This document shows positions 58,587 to 64,000 of a DNA stretch of 64,000 nucleotides, one piece after another. The position numbers and the translations under genes were made by a program. The notes beneath the pieces were generated by a model. That model was given only the letters and a program-made list of their open reading frames with translations. It was not told where the DNA came from and did no database searches. The number at the start of each line of letters is the position of its first letter. Within the stretch, counting starts at the first letter, position 1. This DNA is from Nitrosopumilus sp. (GTDB lineage: Archaea > Thermoproteota > Nitrososphaeria > Nitrososphaerales > Nitrosopumilaceae). Location of the stretch: contig OY763927.2 in NCBI GenBank assembly GCA_963667665.2, positions 256,001 through 320,000 of the forward strand, given 5' to 3'.

Positions 58587-58991
58587 TTAAGGAGTAAATA
58601 GTGCTTCTTGTGATTTTGTTGTTTTCTTTATTTTTCCTAATTTTAGTTTGGTTGCTTTCTTTGCGATTTTACTATGATCTGCATTTTTAGATGTAGTCAT
58701 ATACAATAGGTGATCATTACCCATTGGAATAACAATACGTGCTATCTTGCCGTATTGTGCAATTACAAATTCACCTTTACCAATCTTTGAGGCAAATTCA
58801 TTTCGTACCGACCAAGCTCGTGTAGCTGATTCAATTGATTTTAGACTTTCTCTATGTGTCAGAAGATTTTTTGCATTTTTTCTATGTTCACTATACTTTA
58901 CTTCCCCTAACATATTACACACTGTGGCAAATCTAATGTCTGGACTAATTTTTAGGGCCTTTTCTACCAAATCAAGATAAGGAAATCCCAT
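58587..58991 (-). CDS. DUF6659-like (roadblock/profilin-like) thaumarchaeal protein
   Basis: IRFATVCNMLG...NLLT..ES...KIGKGEFVIAQYGKI.RI.IP. Confidence 0.7.
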   Translation of the reverse strand: MGFPYLDLVEKALKISPDIRFATVCNMLGEVKYSEHRKNAKNLLTHRESLKSIESATRAWSVRNEFASKIGKGEFVIAQYGKIARIVIPMGNDHLLYMTTSKNADHSKIAKKATKLKLGKIKKTTKSQEALFTP

Positions 58992-59026
58992 AAGACGGTT
59001 ATGTGATACAAAAACTTAAAGGATCT

Positions 59027-59698
59027 TTAAGAGTTAGAAACTAATCTCTTTGCTTTTGTAAATACTGCAGACCATTGCTTCCATGTTAATCGTCCTGTCT
59101 GCGTGTTTTGTTTTGATGGGTGATAAGATGTTAGAATCTGATAGTTATCATATCTGAATACTTTGTTGTGTCCAAATTTTTCTTGTTTTATTTGTAGTAA
59201 CTTACATGTAGCATCATATGCAATTTTTCCAAGACACAAAATCACTGAAATGTTTTTGAGAATTTTTAATTCGTCTTGTAGATACACAAAACAGTTTTCC
59301 ATTTCCTCTCGTGTTGGCTTGTTTTGTGGAGGAGCGCATCTAACTGCTGCTGTAATGTATGCATTATACAGTATCAATCCGTCATCTTTGTTTAGGCTTG
59401 TCGGAATGGAGGCAAATCCGTACTTGTACATTACCCTTGTAACCCAATCTCCTGATGAATCCCCTGTAAACATCCTTCCTGTTCTGTTTCCTCCATGAGC
59501 AGCTGGGGCCAATCCTACAATCAATAATTTAGCATTGAAGTCGCCAAATCCTGAAAGTGGTTTGCCATAATATTTCTCATCTTTGAATCGCCTTACCTTG
59601 TTTTTTGCAACATCTCTGATGTATACTGCAAGTCTGGGACATTTTTTACATCTTACAATCTTTTTGTTTAGAGATTCAATTGATTTCATATGGACCAA
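59027..59698 (-). CDS. Uracil-DNA glycosylase family 5 (UdgB-like)
   Basis: C..CPRL, GLAPAAHGGNRTGRMFTGDSSG and YHPS motifs. Confidence 0.92.
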   Translation of the reverse strand: MVHMKSIESLNKKIVRCKKCPRLAVYIRDVAKNKVRRFKDEKYYGKPLSGFGDFNAKLLIVGLAPAAHGGNRTGRMFTGDSSGDWVTRVMYKYGFASIPTSLNKDDGLILYNAYITAAVRCAPPQNKPTREEMENCFVYLQDELKILKNISVILCLGKIAYDATCKLLQIKQEKFGHNKVFRYDNYQILTSYHPSKQNTQTGRLTWKQWSAVFTKAKRLVSNS

Positions 59699-59744
59699 TT
59701 TTAGTTGGTATCAATAAAAATACTCTACTGATTTTCTTTGATAA

Positions 59745-59846
59745 TCATTCTGGTTCGTCTTGTCCTCTATCCAGTCCACAATGAGGACAGATTCGTTGGT
59801 TTTCCCATAATTCTTTCCCACATTTTCTACATGATTGGGGTTTCAT
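59745..59846 (-). CDS. 33-aa Zn-ribbon micro-protein
   Basis: MKPQSCRKCGKELWENQRICPHCGLDRGQDEPE. Confidence 0.55.
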   Translation of the reverse strand: MKPQSCRKCGKELWENQRICPHCGLDRGQDEPE

Positions 59847-59986
59847 GAAATAATTACCACATTATTAGATTTAAGAGATAATCAAAGTAATTAATAGAAA
59901 ATCTGTTTAATTTTTTTCAATTATCTTTACAATCATTAAGAAATCCAAGAATCAAAGTTATTTTCAATAATATCTTTCAAATACTA

Positions 59987-60241
59987 ATGCAAAATGACAT
60001 TCGTCATGATATCCTAAAGTTAGAAGATGATATTTTAGAAATAGAGGACAGCATTATAGAATTTTTGAGACCAAACAATGATCTACAACTCAAAAAAGCA
60101 CTTCATGAATTAAAGATGGATCTGAAACATCTAAGCATTCTTGCAAACGGAGCTCCTCTTGATAAAACTGAAGCCAGAAACACTATGGATTTTTTAAGAA
60201 CTCATTATAATCATCTGCAAGAACTATCCCTTCTTGCATAG
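59987..60241 (+). CDS. Hypothetical protein
   Basis: 84-aa helical ORF. Confidence 0.65.
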   Translation: MQNDIRHDILKLEDDILEIEDSIIEFLRPNNDLQLKKALHELKMDLKHLSILANGAPLDKTEARNTMDFLRTHYNHLQELSLLA

Positions 60242-60279
60242 ACGGTCTCTTTTTTAGTAATGAATTGTTAATTTTACTA

Positions 60280-60355
60280 CGGAAGCTGACTAGAGGTTAT
60301 GGTTACCAAAACCTTGATGGCGATTCAACATCCACTTTGCCACACTCAGCTTCCG
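60280..60355 (+). ncRNA. Candidate structured RNA/DNA element (three-way junction)
   Basis: 10-bp closing stem CGGAAGCTGA/TCAGCTTCCG with two internal hairpins; GC-rich patch in an AT-rich intergenic region. Confidence 0.5.
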
Positions 60356-60468
60356 AAAATTAATCCTGTAGAATATCATTTTTGGAATTAGTAAAACAAA
60401 AACAATCCTATAGTCATTAAGAATAATCCAATTATTGCTAATGCTTTTTCTTTATTTGAAATCAGATG

Positions 60469-60573
60469 TTATACACCAAATCTCTGAGGTCCACATTTTA
60501 GGCACTTTAGTCCTCTTGTTTCTTGTCCACACTTTTTACAATGCATAACAATTCCTGCTAGTGCTAGTACCAT
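60469..60573 (-). CDS. 34-aa Zn-finger micro-protein
   Basis: MVLALAGIVMHCKKCGQETRGLKCLKCGPQRFGV. Confidence 0.5.
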   Translation of the reverse strand: MVLALAGIVMHCKKCGQETRGLKCLKCGPQRFGV

Positions 60574-60660
60574 ACATTCTATACTGTATCATTTCTTAAA
60601 AATCACTACATAATGTTCAGAAAATAAAATGATATTAACCTGCAAAAAAAAAAATTATTA

Positions 60661-60990
60661 GTGTTTTATTCAGTAAAAGCCAGATTCATTGAAAACAATA
60701 TGGGAGAATTTTATCAAAAACTAACTGATGGGACAATTAAAAATCAAAAACCTGATGGTGAGGAGATAATTAACTCTATGAAGCGTGCTAAAATTATTGA
60801 ACCAAACGTCATTCAATGGTCTGAAATGTGTTTTTGCCCAACTCCATTAAAACATGAACGAGAAACCATATATGATAATTATCTAATAGACATGGAGACT
60901 ATCCAAATAGATGATTATGTAGAGTATGCAGGCGAGTTTTTTATGGATTTTTTAGCAAAAAATAAAGAAAACCTTAGAGAATACAAATAA
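60661..60990 (+). CDS. Hypothetical protein
   Basis: QKPDGEEI...CFCPTPLKHER; 109 aa. Confidence 0.7.
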   Translation: MFYSVKARFIENNMGEFYQKLTDGTIKNQKPDGEEIINSMKRAKIIEPNVIQWSEMCFCPTPLKHERETIYDNYLIDMETIQIDDYVEYAGEFFMDFLAKNKENLREYK

Positions 60991-61223
60991 TGAATCATCA
61001 ATGTACTCATTGTGGTAAAACATTTGAAAATCTACGACTGCTAAATAATCATTACAATCAACATGGAATAGATAATCTTGAAGAGAAAGGATTTTTTGAT
61101 GAATACAAAAAAACTATGATTAAACAAAAAGAAGATTATGATAAAATGAAACAAAGAAAAGGTGATTCTGATCTAATCTTTAATGAAAAAGATAACAAGA
61201 AAACAGAATCAAACCAGGAATAA
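60990..61223 (+). CDS. C2H2 zinc-finger protein
   Basis: HQCTHCGKTFENLRLLNNHYNQH matches classical C-x2-C-x3-F-x5-L-x2-H-x3-H. Confidence 0.8.
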   Translation: MNHQCTHCGKTFENLRLLNNHYNQHGIDNLEEKGFFDEYKKTMIKQKEDYDKMKQRKGDSDLIFNEKDNKKTESNQE

Positions 61224-61247
61224 TTATAATAAAAAATGACTCTGCCT

Positions 61248-61895
61248 CTAGCATCCGTGTTTGATGGCCCAAGACTCTTCTGCAAATTCACTGGAATCAC
61301 AAAATTGATTCTCCAAATATCCTAAATCTGCATCAAGTAATTCTTGATTTAGATTCAAGCCATTACAATAAACTACTCCGATAATTCTACCATAACTCCC
61401 TTCAGTCTGGCTGTCATCTTCATCAACTATGACATCAGAACCAACAGGACAAATTGTCTCTATAAAATTCCTAGAATCTACTCCTCCAAATCCTTTTAGT
61501 TCAGGGGCAGAAGATAATGCAAATCTAACTGATTCCCCATCAACATGAATTGTATCTCCATCAACAATTTTAGTTACCGAACCTTCCACACATCTGGCAA
61601 TACCTGAGCATTTTCCTGAAGTTACTTTTATCTCTGTATTTGACATGTCCATTTTCATTTCTGGTGTTGACATATCCATTTTCATATCAGAGCAATTCTC
61701 CATGAAATGTGTATGAAATTCTATATGCATGTCGATATCTAGTGCAGTGTGCTCTTCAGAGGCACTAAAGTCAAGCATCTCATTACAATCAAGACCTGTC
61801 CAAGGCTTTGCATCAACTGTTTCTTGTGAAATTGCTAATCCTGCAGCAACAGCTACAATCCCAGCAATAATTGAGATAATTATGATCTGCTTCAC
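61248..61895 (-). CDS. Secreted thermonuclease (SNase-like) protein with Met/His-rich N-region
   Basis: VTKIVDGDTI...VRFA..SAPEL...YGRII...LNQELLDADLG. Confidence 0.85.
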   Translation of the reverse strand: MKQIIIISIIAGIVAVAAGLAISQETVDAKPWTGLDCNEMLDFSASEEHTALDIDMHIEFHTHFMENCSDMKMDMSTPEMKMDMSNTEIKVTSGKCSGIARCVEGSVTKIVDGDTIHVDGESVRFALSSAPELKGFGGVDSRNFIETICPVGSDVIVDEDDSQTEGSYGRIIGVVYCNGLNLNQELLDADLGYLENQFCDSSEFAEESWAIKHGC

Positions 61896-61934
61896 AATAG
61901 ATGCTGAAATTTTCTAAGAATTAAAATTAATTGA

Positions 61935-62171
61935 TTATCGATAATCTTCTGGAATCCATGGATTCTCATCTGACCATCTATACAGTAAAGTATGCTCAGG
62001 CATAAAAAATTCAAAATAATTTACTGCAGCCCTACCATATTTTTCTATGATATGCCAGTGTGCCTCACTAGGTTCCATCTGTGCAATTTTGAAAAACTCT
62101 TTTTGTGAAAAATTAGGATTTTTTGGCTTTACTGAATAAGTGAAACCCATATTTGCACTAAATTTCCTCAA
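61935..62171 (-). CDS. Hypothetical protein
   Basis: 78-aa ORF. Confidence 0.5.
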   Translation of the reverse strand: MRKFSANMGFTYSVKPKNPNFSQKEFFKIAQMEPSEAHWHIIEKYGRAAVNYFEFFMPEHTLLYRWSDENPWIPEDYR

Positions 62172-62258
62172 TGTAAATTGAAAAAGATTATAATTTTTTC
62201 ACAAACTGGCAAAAAAACTTCAAAGTTTTCAATATTTGAGATGATTGGATAAAATATT

Positions 62259-62369
62259 TCACTCTGATATCTGAGTCATTTTCTTATCACAATTAGGACA
62301 TGATACATTTGTAATGTTTTCAGCCAAAGTCATCGACATGTCACAATTTGTACAAATCCAAATAGGCAT
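62259..62369 (-). CDS. 36-aa Zn-ribbon micro-protein
   Basis: MPIWICTNCDMSMTLAENITNVSCPNCDKKMTQISE. Confidence 0.55.
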   Translation of the reverse strand: MPIWICTNCDMSMTLAENITNVSCPNCDKKMTQISE

Positions 62370-62483
62370 TAGAAATATGTTATGAATTTTTGATTTAATC
62401 ATATATGGAATTTCTCAAAAATGGGAAATATTTTTTTTACCAAATTTGGGAATTTTTATTAATCACATTTTTTACCATCATTC

Positions 62484-62615
62484 ATGGTAGTATGTTGTAT
62501 TTGCAAGGCAGTTCAAGGAACGCTCAAAATTAAAGATGGAAATCCAAAATACAAAGGAAAACCAATTTGCAAAGAATGTGAAGGTTATCGCAAACTACTA
62601 AGAAATACAAAATAA
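62484..62615 (+). CDS. 43-aa Zn-finger micro-protein
   Basis: MVVCCICKAVQGTLKIKDGNPKYKGKPICKECEGYRKLLRNTK. Confidence 0.55.
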   Translation: MVVCCICKAVQGTLKIKDGNPKYKGKPICKECEGYRKLLRNTK

Positions 62616-62669
62616 AATTCACTTGTTGATTTTTAGAATTAGAATCTGATCTCTAGATTTTAGTCATAT

Positions 62670-62912
62670 TTACTTTTTTGGCTTGTTTTTCTTTGCCCAT
62701 TCTTCGTACATTTTGATTAGTTCATCAACGTCTTTGCCATCTTCTGAATAAGTAATGATTACCCCAAATTTTCCCTTAGTGTCATGTCCTCGTGCAAAAT
62801 ATCCCCAAAAAGAGTCTGGCAGTTTTACATAATTATTTGAATCATGTGATACTCCAATCAGATTATTTCCAATAACTTCAACTACTTTTTTTGCATCACT
62901 AGCTTCAATCAT
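62670..62912 (-). CDS. Hypothetical protein
   Basis: 80-aa ORF directly downstream of aspS. Confidence 0.65.
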   Translation of the reverse strand: MIEASDAKKVVEVIGNNLIGVSHDSNNYVKLPDSFWGYFARGHDTKGKFGVIITYSEDGKDVDELIKMYEEWAKKNKPKK

Positions 62913-62914
62913 GA

Positions 62915-64000
62915 TTATGGGCTCAACCTATCAGGATCTCTAGGATACAATACAACTTCACGTACATTATCAACACCAATTAGTGTCGTCATTAACCTGT
63001 CTAATCCCATTCCCCAACCAGAGTGTGGTGGCATTCCCCAATCAAATGTTTTTAGATGGTCTGTAAATTGTGCAGGATCCAAACCTTGCTCTGCTAGTCT
63101 TGACTTTAACAACTCTGAATCATGTAAACGAGTTCCACCAGAGGATAGTTCTAAAAATCCATATTGCAAATCAAATGAACGAGACAATGTTGCATCATCA
63201 TCTTTTTCTCTAATGTAAAATGGTTTTAACTTCATTGGCCAGTCCATCAAAAAGTAAAATCCTGGATGATTCTTACCAATTATTCTAAGATGCGAATCAA
63301 GCAAGTCATCACCAAATTCTACTTTCTCACCTTCTTTTTTTAATTCTTCAATACAATCTTTGTAGGTGATTCTCTCAAATGGAGATGTGGGAACCTCTAT
63401 TGTGTGACCAATAACTTCTTGCTCTTTCTTACAGTTTTCTGAGACAAACTTGTAAACTTCAAGTACTAAATATTCTAAAATATCCATGACATCCTCATAG
63501 TCCATAAATGCAGCTTCAATGTCGATACTGGTAAATTCAGTTAGATGGCGTCCTGTGTGAGAATTCTCTGCACGATAAAAGTTTGAAATCTCAAAGACTC
63601 GCTCAAGACCAATTGTCATTTGTTCTTTGTATAGTTGAGGACTTTGTGCCAAGTAAGCTGTTTTTCCAAAATAATCTAATGAAAACAAGTCTGCACCACC
63701 TTCACTTGCACTACCGATAATTTTTGGTGTAGTAATTTCCAAGAATTTTTTCTCTGATAGTGTTTTACGTAATGATTGCAATACATGGTGTCGTAATTTA
63801 AAAATCGATGCAGTTTTTTGGTTTCGCATGTCTAGTGCTCGATGGTTTAGTCTTGTGTCAATGTTACTTTCTAGTCTACCAATTGGATCAATTGGCAATG
63901 GATGGATTGCTTTACCTAAAACTTCAATCTCTTCTGCTTTTACCTCAAATGAAAAATCCCTAGCTTTGGTTTCCTGTACTATTCCTTTTACTCGAACTAC
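62915..64000 (-). CDS. aspS: Archaeal-type aspartyl-tRNA synthetase (5'-partial)
   Basis: LAQSPQLYK, YRAENSHTGRHLTEF and GMPPHSGWGMGLDRL motifs; the frame runs off the window end. Confidence 0.95.
   Translation of the reverse strand, partial: VVRVKGIVQETKARDFSFEVKAEEIEVLGKAIHPLPIDPIGRLESNIDTRLNHRALDMRNQKTASIFKLRHHVLQSLRKTLSEKKFLEITTPKIIGSASEGGADLFSLDYFGKTAYLAQSPQLYKEQMTIGLERVFEISNFYRAENSHTGRHLTEFTSIDIEAAFMDYEDVMDILEYLVLEVYKFVSENCKKEQEVIGHTIEVPTSPFERITYKDCIEELKKEGEKVEFGDDLLDSHLRIIGKNHPGFYFLMDWPMKLKPFYIREKDDDATLSRSFDLQYGFLELSSGGTRLHDSELLKSRLAEQGLDPAQFTDHLKTFDWGMPPHSGWGMGLDRLMTTLIGVDNVREVVLYPRDPDRLSP

Overview
This window is archaeal DNA, most consistent with a Nitrosopumilaceae thaumarchaeon: it has a cdvB-like/cdvC locus, typical thaumarchaeal hypothetical families and an AT-rich core. 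It falls into two halves. (1) Positions 1-~33400 are an accessory island bracketed by two giant, visibly GC-richer, repeat-built surface-protein genes. The first is a >4000-aa Ig-like/proprotein-convertase-P-domain protein made of 2172-bp near-identical units. The second is a 2928-aa PKD/FN3/DUF285(BspA-like) protein carrying a nonsense stop and a truncated tail. Between them lies a very AT-rich cassette zone with two separate arrays. Array one is a series of alternately oriented 11-7-11 palindromic sites (12450, 14394, 15028 and a half-site at 15779) that delimit small modules: a NERD/PD-(D/E)xK nuclease, a Zn-ribbon plus HicB pair, and a HEPN-like protein. This resembles recombinase-site gene modules. 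Array two is four directly repeated copies of the downstream end of a SWIM-DDE (IS6-like) transposase, each keeping a different length of the gene's 3' end. They are interleaved with cargo: a TIMP-like secreted protein, a hypothetical protein and a trypsin-like protease fragment. An ISH3/IS4-like pseudogene follows. (2) Positions ~33500-64000 are core genome: citrate synthase, DHH phosphoesterase, RidA, TrmB, cdvB-like/cdvC, carAB, ATPase F, an LsrF-like aldolase, ilvBN-leuAB, UDG, a thermonuclease and partial aspS. This half also holds several sub-cutoff Cys-rich micro-ORFs and a candidate three-way-junction ncRNA. No rRNA, intact tRNA or CRISPR array was seen. All calls were made by eye from motifs; no database searches were run.
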